Below are positions 19,430 through 28,037 of a stretch of DNA of 64,000 nt, in pieces; position 1 is the stretch's first letter; every line of letters starts with the position of its first letter. Below the pieces are notes generated by a model that made no database searches, was not told where the DNA came from, and worked only from the letters and a program-made list of their open reading frames with translations. The stretch covers positions 28,776 to 92,775 of the forward strand of contig ONAT01000002.1 in NCBI GenBank assembly GCA_900315885.1, given 5' to 3'. This stretch comes from an uncultured Erysipelotrichaceae bacterium (lineage in GTDB: Bacteria; Bacillota_I; Bacilli_A; RFN20; CAG-826). The translations under genes and the position numbers were made by a program.

Positions 19430-20439
19430 AGAACCCCCAATTTAAGAAGTGATAACGCTATTTTGACCGCGTTATAACTTGCGCCTCTAATCAAATTATC
19501 TGATGTGGCAAAAAGGTTTAATGTATACTCACAGAACTTATCAATTCTAAATCTTCCAACATCAACATAATGTGTGCCACGCACTTCTTTTAAAGATGGG
19601 TAATCATCTAATGCTTTAATTCGTAAAAATGGATATTCTTGATAAAATTGATATACTTCATTTAAATTAATTTTCTTTTTACAAATTGCATATATACTTG
19701 CGCCATGGCCAAAAAGCGTTGGTACACGCACACAAGTAGGATTAATTTCTAAATCGGCGCGATGTAAAATTTTTTGTGACTCATTTATAACTTTAATTTC
19801 TTCACCTGTATAACCATCTTCATAAACTCTATCAACGATTGGTAAAATATTATTATATATTGGCTTTTTGATAACATTTTTGGACGGTAAATATGTTGGT
19901 TTATAATTTATATCTATACTTTCATTTACATATTCTTGCATAGCTAAATTACCTGCCCCACTTATTGATTGATAACTTGATACATTTATTTTTTCAACGC
20001 CATACATCTTTTCTAAAGGATAAATAGCTAATAAAATCATAATAGTAGTACAATTAGGATTTGAGTATATGTTTGAATTCGTTAATAAATCAGTCTCGTT
20101 TATCTCTGGTATGACAAGTGGAATATTTTTGTCCATACGAAAATAAGAAGAGTTATCAATTACTTTTGCTCCTAAGCGAATAAATTTACTTGCGTATTCT
20201 TTTGAAATATCTTCGCCTGTTGAAAAAAAGACTAAATCAAAATGTTCAAGATTTTCTTCACTTAATATTTTAATTTTATGTGTCTTGTCATTAACAATTA
20301 AATCTTCATTTGCGTGTTCACTAGATCCATAAATAGTCAACGATTCTAAAGGAAAATTAAGCCGATATAATTCTTTAATAATTGATACTGAAACTAAGCC
20401 GTGGCCTCCCACCACCGCTACTTTATATTTTTTACTCAT
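19426..20439 (-). CDS. asd: Aspartate-semialdehyde dehydrogenase.
   Basis: N-terminal Rossmann VAVVGGHGLVSVSII; active-site Cys context SNPNCTTIM; length 337 aa. Confidence 0.8.
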   Translation of the reverse strand: MSKKYKVAVVGGHGLVSVSIIKELYRLNFPLESLTIYGSSEHANEDLIVNDKTHKIKILSEENLEHFDLVFFSTGEDISKEYASKFIRLGAKVIDNSSYFRMDKNIPLVIPEINETDLLTNSNIYSNPNCTTIMILLAIYPLEKMYGVEKINVSSYQSISGAGNLAMQEYVNESIDINYKPTYLPSKNVIKKPIYNNILPIVDRVYEDGYTGEEIKVINESQKILHRADLEINPTCVRVPTLFGHGASIYAICKKKINLNEVYQFYQEYPFLRIKALDDYPSLKEVRGTHYVDVGRFRIDKFCEYTLNLFATSDNLIRGASYNAVKIALSLLKLGVL

Positions 20440-20491
20440 AAAAAAACACCCCTAACACTTTAATGTATGTAAGGGTGTATATTTTTAGAAA

Positions 20492-22390
20492 TTATTTGAG
20501 GTTATTTTGATTAATAACATCAACAATCAACGACCATTTCGTTGAGTTATCTTTATAATCTAATGGGTAAACATAATATAAGAATTCATCATTATAGCAC
20601 TCAAATTCTTTGCCTATAGCGAATGGTAAGGCATGTAAATTATTATAAGGAATGAAAAATTCTTCATCATTTTTCATTTTCCCTATAAATCTAAATCCAT
20701 TTTCATCTAAATAGCATGTTCCTTTTCCGCGTTCATCAAACTTTTTGTTTTTTATTGAAAGCTTTTTAACTTTTACTGGAACACTCATCTTGTTTGTAAC
20801 TAAATCTAAATTGTCTTTTTCATATCCATACATCCACTTATAGTAATCATGAATGTTACTAAACTTCATTTCATTTTCTTTAAAAGAATAATTATCATCT
20901 ATTTCTAATGTAAAATTACATTCTTTACAATAAATAATATTTCCATTTGTTTGCATTACATGCTCATGATGACATTTTGGGCAACGATAAAAAACCTTAT
21001 CTAAACCTTTCGCTTTTTGATTGTTTTTATATATAATATTCTCTTTTTTAGCATATGCGAAATCATTATACGATAAGCTTTCATCAATTATATTATCAAT
21101 TTCTTCATAACTTAAAAGATTAATTTGTTCTTTATTTAAAATACGTTTAGTTTCAATTTTAATAGGAGCACGCATAAATTTTTTACGCCACTTTGGTTTT
21201 GATAAATACGCTCCATTAATAGTAACAAGGACCACAGGAATTTCTAATTTTTTAATCAATTTACCAGTTTCTAACGTTGATTTATAATTAACACCATCAA
21301 CAGAAAGACGTCCTTCCGGACACATGATTACTGGAAATCCTTGCTTAACACTCTTAATAATTAAACGAATTGTCTCAAAATCAGGAGAAAATAGTTTTTT
21401 AGGAATTACACCCATTTGACGCAAGAGATGGTTATTAATTTTCTTTCGAAAAAAGTCACGATTTAACACTAATGCAAAGCGTTGAGGATATAATTTGTCT
21501 GTCAAATAGAAAACATCAAAGAATGATGGATGATTAGTAAGTAACAAATATGGTCCTTGAATCTTTTCTATTTCTCTAGTGTCAAACTCAATTTTTCCTG
21601 TTCTTTTAGAAATAAAGGACGCCATCTTTTTAAATACGCTATATAAAACAGAATTTGGTGTACCACGTCCTTCTTTAAAAAATAGACGATCCATTATTGT
21701 GAAAATTATTATAAACAAAATAATCATCGCTAGAATTACTATTAAAACTAACCAAACTATTGAAATATTAAGTCTTAAAAAATATTTAATCATTTCTCCT
21801 ATAAATAATGAAGATAAAATTGAAGGTAAAACACCTAAAAGAGAAACAATTAAATAACGCCAATAAGAAATTTTAGTTGATGAACCAAAATAACATATTG
21901 CACCAATTGGTAAAACAGGCAAAAAGAATAATAAAAGCATTAATGATTGAACGCCTTGATTACTCTTTTTTCTTTTTGCTATATCTTCGATTTGTTTTGC
22001 GTTATTTGCAAACATAGCGTTTCCATCAAATTTAAACAAGTGCACTAGAAGGTAAATAACTGAAGCGCCCACAAACACACCAAATAAGCATATTAAAATT
22101 GCTAATAGTGGTGGATAAGCAATACATGCAGACATTTGAATAAATTCTGTAGGCAAAAAAACAGCAATCATTTGGAGTGATTCAATTAAAACAATTAAAA
22201 GTACGCCAATAAATCCTTTTTCTTTTAAAAAGTTCGCGGCGCCTTCTTGATCATTATTTTTTTGAAAAGAAAAGATTTTAAATAAAATATCTTTTAAAAA
22301 AACAACTAAAAGAGCAATAGTAACAATTGCTAGGAAAATAACGATAAACTTTTTAAATGGGTTCTTCTTTTGTTTCATTTTAAATCTCAT
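20492..22390 (-). CDS. Tri-domain membrane protein: N-terminal DedA/VTT (TVP38-like) domain, lysophospholipid acyltransferase (PlsC family) domain, C-terminal zinc ribbon.
   Basis: Multiple TM helices in the first ~230 aa. Acyltransferase motifs LLLTNHPSFFD (H-x4-D) and MCPEGRLS (PEGTR-like). C-terminal YRCPKCHHEH...YCKECNF is a C4 ribbon. Confidence 0.65.
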   Translation of the reverse strand: MRFKMKQKKNPFKKFIVIFLAIVTIALLVVFLKDILFKIFSFQKNNDQEGAANFLKEKGFIGVLLIVLIESLQMIAVFLPTEFIQMSACIAYPPLLAILICLFGVFVGASVIYLLVHLFKFDGNAMFANNAKQIEDIAKRKKSNQGVQSLMLLLFFLPVLPIGAICYFGSSTKISYWRYLIVSLLGVLPSILSSLFIGEMIKYFLRLNISIVWLVLIVILAMIILFIIIFTIMDRLFFKEGRGTPNSVLYSVFKKMASFISKRTGKIEFDTREIEKIQGPYLLLTNHPSFFDVFYLTDKLYPQRFALVLNRDFFRKKINNHLLRQMGVIPKKLFSPDFETIRLIIKSVKQGFPVIMCPEGRLSVDGVNYKSTLETGKLIKKLEIPVVLVTINGAYLSKPKWRKKFMRAPIKIETKRILNKEQINLLSYEEIDNIIDESLSYNDFAYAKKENIIYKNNQKAKGLDKVFYRCPKCHHEHVMQTNGNIIYCKECNFTLEIDDNYSFKENEMKFSNIHDYYKWMYGYEKDNLDLVTNKMSVPVKVKKLSIKNKKFDERGKGTCYLDENGFRFIGKMKNDEEFFIPYNNLHALPFAIGKEFECYNDEFLYYVYPLDYKDNSTKWSLIVDVINQNNLK

Positions 22391-22528
22391 TTCTATATTT
22401 TTTATTTTATCAAAATTTTATAAATAAGTCGATAATTTAGTTTATGACTTATTTAGTGTTTAGTTTACGACTTCTTAAGATATTTGTTTTTAATCTTAAA
22501 ATATAGTAAAATATGGTAGGTGTTAGAA

Positions 22529-23272
22529 ATGGAACAAAAAAAATTTACTGTAAAATTCGCAGAAACTAAAGAAGAGTTAGATGCAACTTTTGCTTTAAGA
22601 TACAAAGATATGATTTTAGAATACAATTCGGAATCTCAAAACGAACAAAAACGTGATAGAAATATTTTTGATGATATTGCAAAGCAAATCATAGTTATAA
22701 ATAACGAGACAAATGAAGTAATAGGCTGTTATCGTTTAATAGATAATGCATTTTTTAATAAAAGCATTAGCACTTTTACATGTGAAAACGAATTTAATAT
22801 TTCAAAAATTAAGAATTCTGGTCATCGTATTTGCGAATTATCACGTGCGGTAATAAAAAATGAATATCGCACTGGTGTTCCGCTTATTTTATTATGGAAA
22901 TTTATCTATGATTACGCTATTAAAAACTCCATTCGTTTTCTTTTAGGAGATGCAAGCTTTTTTGGAATTGAACCTTCTAAACATATTCATTCTCTATCTT
23001 ATTTAGCACATTATCACGCTATTGAGAATGAATTTGAAGTCACTTCGCTCGAAGTGAACCCACAAATCAAGCTTCTAAAAAAAGAACATATTAATGTTGA
23101 TGAAGTAAAAAGCAACCTTCCACCTTTAATAAAGGCATATCTAACTTTCGGCTCTAAATTTTCAAAAGAGTATTTTATTGATCGCGATTTTAAAAGTATT
23201 GATGTCTTTACATTACTTGATTTTGAAAATTGTAATTTAAAATTATTAAAAAAATATCTACGTGTCGCCTAA
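22529..23272 (+). CDS. GNAT-family N-acyltransferase of the hemolysin/OlsB/GlsB-like class (Acetyltransf_5-like).
   Basis: Size and pattern (FTVKFAETKEELDATFALRY; CYRLID; ICELSRAVIKNEYR; LLWKFIYDYA) match the aminoacid N-acyltransferase family. Divergent from the PlsC-family acyltransferase. Probable start at the internal Met MEQKK (track ORF starts at 22520). Confidence 0.55.
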   Translation: MEQKKFTVKFAETKEELDATFALRYKDMILEYNSESQNEQKRDRNIFDDIAKQIIVINNETNEVIGCYRLIDNAFFNKSISTFTCENEFNISKIKNSGHRICELSRAVIKNEYRTGVPLILLWKFIYDYAIKNSIRFLLGDASFFGIEPSKHIHSLSYLAHYHAIENEFEVTSLEVNPQIKLLKKEHINVDEVKSNLPPLIKAYLTFGSKFSKEYFIDRDFKSIDVFTLLDFENCNLKLLKKYLRVA

Positions 23273-23310
23273 TTTTGTGTTAACTCTTCTTCTTTTTCAT
23301 ATAATATCAT

Positions 23311-23913
23311 ATGGAAAAAAAGTTGATTGGCATACCCATACGAAAATATAAAGATTTAAAAACCGATGTTATCGGCATATATGCCCGTTATCTAGATTAT
23401 TTTGAAAGCAACAATTTAATTGTTGTCTTTTTGACGTTAAACAATTATAAATATCTTATTAATTCTTTATCTTGCCTTGCACTTATTGGTGGGGGAGATG
23501 TTAATGCTAAGATATATAATTCTCTTGATACACTTGATTATGACTATGAACTAGATAAACTTGAATTTTTATTAATAAAAGAGGCTCTTGAACGCAAGTT
23601 ACCTATTTTTGGTATATGTCGAGGCTTACAAATTCTTAATATATATTTTGGTGGAACCTTAAAAGAAATCCCTTCTTCACATCTTGGTTTACACAATATA
23701 AAACTTAAAAATGATGTAGTAAAAAGCGTTAATTCTTTTCATCATCTTTGTATTGATAATTTAGCTAGTAATTTTTCGATATTAGCCAAAAGTAATGATT
23801 TCGTAATTGAAGAAATCGAAGACAAAAAAAGGATGATATTTGCCATACAATATCACCCTGAAATAAATTTTGATTATGAAGTAATTAATTACTTCTTATC
23901 ATATTTGCGTTAA
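23311..23913 (+). CDS. Class I glutamine amidotransferase-like / peptidase C26 gamma-glutamyl hydrolase (PuuD-like).
   Basis: Nucleophile elbow FGICRGLQILN; His-Glu in AIQYHPE. Confidence 0.7.
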   Translation: MEKKLIGIPIRKYKDLKTDVIGIYARYLDYFESNNLIVVFLTLNNYKYLINSLSCLALIGGGDVNAKIYNSLDTLDYDYELDKLEFLLIKEALERKLPIFGICRGLQILNIYFGGTLKEIPSSHLGLHNIKLKNDVVKSVNSFHHLCIDNLASNFSILAKSNDFVIEEIEDKKRMIFAIQYHPEINFDYEVINYFLSYLR

Positions 23914-25971
23914 TTAATAACGCATAATATAGCCACCAGATTTTGTAATCTCATCATAAGCATTATCCATCAATTGATAATCATAACGCTTATTTTCAAA
24001 GTTTTTATAAACTTCGTCATAAGGAATACCAGATACACTTTCAACAGTTTTGCTAACTAAATCAAATAGTTCATCTAGACCATCAAATGAAGTAATGCAT
24101 GAGTGGTATTTTAATTCTGAATCACCGTCAGAATCTTTGTAATAAAGATTTTTACTATTAAATACTTTTGTTCCATCATCTTTATAAGTAATCAAACTCT
24201 TTTTCATTGGCACATAGCCATTAACAATCATATTTGCGTTCCATCTATTATGTTCTTGATACGCCATCGCATTTCTTAAAGATAAAGTATGTGAGAAATG
24301 AGTAGGATATACAATATTTCCATCTTTTCTTTGGATCTCTTTAAAATTATCATAAATTTTAAAATATTCTTCGCGACTTATAGCTTTACTCTTATCATCT
24401 GTGACTTGTAGGCCCATCATACCTAATTTTTGTAAAATAGAAATAACAGAATCAGAATTGCTACGTTTTTTATCAACATCTAATTTTTTCCATACTTCGT
24501 TAATGGTTAATTTAGTATTTGGATTTCTTTCTTTTTCGTAATTGTACGCTCTTGCTTTCGCACTACCTAAAAGTTTTTCATTAATGATAACATCTTCATT
24601 AATGACACTTTCGACTGTGCCAAATGGAATTAAGCCATTATCTTTAATAATGCTTTCATAACGAGCGTTATCGATTTTTACATAAATATTTGTGTTAGAC
24701 TTAACATTCCATTCATGAAGTTTTTCTTTTAAGCGCAGAGCTAACTCGACATTTTGTAAATCATCACCAAATGAGATAATAAAAGCATTAAATCCATTAG
24801 TAATAGAGACACAATTATGTATCTTTTTATAGAAATCGAAATTATTAATGTCTAAATGTTCAAATGTTGTATTACTTATTTGATCACATCTTGGGAAATA
24901 TTCATCATTAATATCAAGATATTCCATTCTCTTAATGGTGTGATTAAAAAGATTATCTTCAATGTTGTTTTTATCAAAAATATAATAATTTACTGGTTTC
25001 CCGACGAATTTATCGTTTTTAATCGTAATAAATTGATAGAACTTAACAAGATTTAAATATAATGTTTTATTTGTGCCCCCAAAGCCGATTAAGAAGGCAT
25101 TAATTTTACTATCCGCATTAACTGTTCCTGTTTTAGTATCAAGTATTTTACCAAATGAATGTGAAAAATTATTGGATGAAACAAATAAATCACTTGTTAA
25201 TTGATGTTTATTAAAGAAATGAATATTTAAATTTGTGCCTTTAATCATTTTCTTTATTAAGTACCAGTTCTTATCTTTAATTAAGAAATATGAGTCATTT
25301 TCAAATTTTGAAAGATAATCAATAAGTTTGTATTGCTTTAATATGTCTTCTTCAAAAGAAATAAAGATATTATTTTCTTTGGCAAAGCGTTTCAAATCTT
25401 CAACTTTATTAATAATTGCAACATGCTTCTTTTCGTGCATTAATTCATCTTTAATTTTTTTATCTTCACTACTTAATAAAATGTAGACTCTCTTTTTCGT
25501 AGATTTTATAAAAGTTTTCGCATTTTCGTTATAGCCTAAAACCACTAATGAATTCTTTTTGATGATTAAATTTTTAAAGAAATTAACAATTTTATTAAAA
25601 AATAAATCAATAACTAAAGAGAATGTTATATAGGCGTAAAGTAACGCAACAACATAATATGCACATTCAAAATATGTGTTTTGTAAAGCCTGAGTCAAGT
25701 TACCTCTTGAAACATTGAGAGTTATCATTTTAAAACTATTATAAATAGAGTCAAAAATGATAATTAGAGGATTACCTACACCTTCATAGATATAACCACT
25801 TATCAATAAAGTAATAGATATGATAAAAAGAGGGACATAAAAAGAAGAATATTCTTTTAAAAAGAGATGCTTCTCTTTTATTATTTTATAAATTAATAAA
25901 CATAATAATGTAAAATCTAAAATGCAACAAATAATCGATATAATAGTCATTATTGAAGTCCTCCTGGACAA
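23914..25971 (-). CDS. Integral membrane protein (4-5 N-terminal TM helices) with two Rossmann-like (RCK/TrkA-N or SLOG-like) domains and a C-terminal RyR-like domain; candidate effector for the upstream TIR proteins.
   Basis: TM segments in aa 1-130. Glycine-rich beta-alpha starts LVVLGYNENAKTF and AFLIGFGGTNKTLYL. C-terminal MAYQEHNRWNANMIVNGYVP resembles the RyR repeat core (A..EHNxW......GW/Y). Start overlaps the 3' end of the TIR gene by about 20 nt. Confidence 0.45.
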   Translation of the reverse strand: MSRRTSIMTIISIICCILDFTLLCLLIYKIIKEKHLFLKEYSSFYVPLFIISITLLISGYIYEGVGNPLIIIFDSIYNSFKMITLNVSRGNLTQALQNTYFECAYYVVALLYAYITFSLVIDLFFNKIVNFFKNLIIKKNSLVVLGYNENAKTFIKSTKKRVYILLSSEDKKIKDELMHEKKHVAIINKVEDLKRFAKENNIFISFEEDILKQYKLIDYLSKFENDSYFLIKDKNWYLIKKMIKGTNLNIHFFNKHQLTSDLFVSSNNFSHSFGKILDTKTGTVNADSKINAFLIGFGGTNKTLYLNLVKFYQFITIKNDKFVGKPVNYYIFDKNNIEDNLFNHTIKRMEYLDINDEYFPRCDQISNTTFEHLDINNFDFYKKIHNCVSITNGFNAFIISFGDDLQNVELALRLKEKLHEWNVKSNTNIYVKIDNARYESIIKDNGLIPFGTVESVINEDVIINEKLLGSAKARAYNYEKERNPNTKLTINEVWKKLDVDKKRSNSDSVISILQKLGMMGLQVTDDKSKAISREEYFKIYDNFKEIQRKDGNIVYPTHFSHTLSLRNAMAYQEHNRWNANMIVNGYVPMKKSLITYKDDGTKVFNSKNLYYKDSDGDSELKYHSCITSFDGLDELFDLVSKTVESVSGIPYDEVYKNFENKRYDYQLMDNAYDEITKSGGYIMRY

Positions 25972-26945
25972 ATGTAATTGTTTTCAAATCCTTCTTTTTC
26001 TAATATCTTAAATAAACCTTTTGATTGACGTTTAGGAAGGGTAAAATAAACCCTATTTGTCGTGCCTGAATCACTAATGGAAATATCAGTAAGTCCAGCA
26101 TTTTGCAATAATTTAATAAATTGTTCCTTAATCATTGAATCGTAAATATCGACAAAACATTTAAATGTTACACCATACATGTTACTTACAAGAATTAAAT
26201 AAGTAACAGTATAATTATCAATTGAATAATTATCATATACTTTATTTAAAATAACGATTTCTTTACTTGTTTTTTTTGGTAAATCAATGAAAGGACAATG
26301 TTGATGTGCCATATAAAATTTGCAAAAACAATCATCTAATTCTTCACCGTTTTTATAACAGACTCGATTAGTTTCTGTGATGTATTGACGATACATTTGT
26401 GGAACGATAAATTGAAATTGATAAGAATAACGTGGAATTTTTTCAATTCCAGGAATCGCAATTTTTAAAGAAACATAACCTAGTTTACCTAATACTTCTT
26501 TGTTAAATTCTTCTTTTGTTAATAAATTTGATTCAGCTTCAAACAAATCAGAAAATAATGTGTTCTTTTTTAATTCTTCTTTTAATAAAGCTAAATCATC
26601 AATATATGTGGCATTTGGTAAAAATGACTTTTTAGTGCCTTTAAAAACATATAATTTTTTATGCATGGAAATTAAACGACCTATTTCAAACATAGTCCAA
26701 GGCGTATTAATATCTCCAACAATCACCGCACATGTTGATTTCGCAATCATTTCATTAATGCGGTTATAAAAATCTTGAGTCTCCGCATTTAATAACTTAT
26801 CAGATAAAATATTAACTTCATCTCCACAATAAGCGATAATCTCATTTACTAATTCTTCGTTTGCCCGAGCGTAACTTAAAAACACTCCAACTTCTTTTTG
26901 TTGGTCTGCACTTATTTTAGTAATTTCTAAATTTAATTCACCCAT
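25950..26945 (-). CDS. TIR-domain protein (N-terminal TIR, roughly aa 18-110) with a ~200 aa C-terminal domain of unknown function; paralog of the upstream gene.
   Basis: Box-1 VGVFLSYARANEE (aa 19-31). Beta-C CAVIVGD. Alpha-C helix TPWTMFEIGRL has W83 and putative catalytic E87 in the S-x-W-C-x-x-E-L position. The C-terminal region (GVTFKCFVDIYD..KEQFIKLL..RVYFTLPK) is paralogous to the 359 aa neighbour. Confidence 0.6.
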   Translation of the reverse strand: MGELNLEITKISADQQKEVGVFLSYARANEELVNEIIAYCGDEVNILSDKLLNAETQDFYNRINEMIAKSTCAVIVGDINTPWTMFEIGRLISMHKKLYVFKGTKKSFLPNATYIDDLALLKEELKKNTLFSDLFEAESNLLTKEEFNKEVLGKLGYVSLKIAIPGIEKIPRYSYQFQFIVPQMYRQYITETNRVCYKNGEELDDCFCKFYMAHQHCPFIDLPKKTSKEIVILNKVYDNYSIDNYTVTYLILVSNMYGVTFKCFVDIYDSMIKEQFIKLLQNAGLTDISISDSGTTNRVYFTLPKRQSKGLFKILEKEGFENNYICPGGLQ

Positions 26946-26956
26946 AAAGTTACCTC

Positions 26957-28036
26957 CTATTTCGGATAAAAATAGTTGACAGTTTCACTATATTCTTCTT
27001 TAACATCATCTTTGGCATCATAGAATAATCTGCCATCTTCAATATTAAGTGGGAAATACACTCTAACTTTATCATCAACAATCTTTTTTACGATTTGTTC
27101 TTTCTTTAATCCATCATCCACTAAAATAGTGACTAAATCACTTGGTGTAATGTCGTTATCTTGAATTTCAAAGAAAGGTAAGAAAGTAACACCTAATATT
27201 TCGTTATTTGGCACTACGAATTCCATCTTAATTGAACCAACTAAATCAGTTGGATCAACTTCTTCGCCACATTCAATTTTCTTAAAAGTTTTAATTTTTG
27301 AAAACATACTGCGAAGTGGAAAATCTAAATCAAGACGTTTCATTTCTTGATGATATGGCCAATAGCCAATATTTTCAAAACTTATTTTTTGTCCAAAATG
27401 CAATACTCTAATGCCAGTCATAACTGATTCTTCTAGCATTGTGTAAACATCATTAAGCGTGATATCATCACGTACTTTACTTAATCTTTCATATATTTTT
27501 AATAACGAATTATATCTTAAATCGAGCATAACGACAAATTTAACATAAAAAATACGATTACGAGTGTAGCAATCTATCGACTCATCTTTAAAAATGTTAA
27601 GAGGCAACGTGATAAAGTTTTTGACCGCTTCAATAACTTTTTCTTTACTAGAAAGTTGTACATCTCTAATTGGTGACTTAGAGAAAAGATTAAGACTTTC
27701 TGGACTTAATCCTGCATTATAAAGCATTAATTTCTTACCAATTAAAACTCCTGCTTCATGCATTGTGTAGTTATACATTTGAGGGTCATTAAGTGTTTCA
27801 TCATCAAGAACAATAATACCAACATCGGCTTTTAAACAGTTATAAATAGATTTTTCGACTAGAAAATCATTATCAAGATTTTCTTTACTTTTAACATATA
27901 AATAATAGTTAAAACCATATTTATCGAGTTCGTTTAAAAATTCACGGCATTCTTCAAGCTTATTTTCATTTAAACTAATATAAAGCAATAACCGTTTTCC
28001 TGGATTTCTAATTTCTCTTTTAGACGCAAGGAACAT
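26957..28036 (-). CDS. TIR-like domain protein (divergent N-terminal TIR or flavodoxin-like fold) with the same C-terminal domain as the downstream paralog.
   Basis: LLLYISLNENKLEE (box-1-like), GIIVLDDETLNDPQMYNYTMHEAG (beta-C plus helix with E94). C-terminal GVTFLPFFEIQDND..KEQIVKKIV..RVYFPLN aligns to the 331 aa paralog. Confidence 0.45.
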   Translation of the reverse strand: MFLASKREIRNPGKRLLLYISLNENKLEECREFLNELDKYGFNYYLYVKSKENLDNDFLVEKSIYNCLKADVGIIVLDDETLNDPQMYNYTMHEAGVLIGKKLMLYNAGLSPESLNLFSKSPIRDVQLSSKEKVIEAVKNFITLPLNIFKDESIDCYTRNRIFYVKFVVMLDLRYNSLLKIYERLSKVRDDITLNDVYTMLEESVMTGIRVLHFGQKISFENIGYWPYHQEMKRLDLDFPLRSMFSKIKTFKKIECGEEVDPTDLVGSIKMEFVVPNNEILGVTFLPFFEIQDNDITPSDLVTILVDDGLKKEQIVKKIVDDKVRVYFPLNIEDGRLFYDAKDDVKEEYSETVNYFYPK

Positions 28037-28037
28037 C

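Noticed and set aside
21579-21857. ORF 21579..21857 (+), 92 aa
   Set aside because: Antisense inside the DedA-PlsC fusion gene.
24856-26769. ORFs 24856..25056 (+) and 26500..26769 (+)
   Set aside because: Antisense inside the membrane-protein and TIR-protein genes; I/F/N-rich translations.
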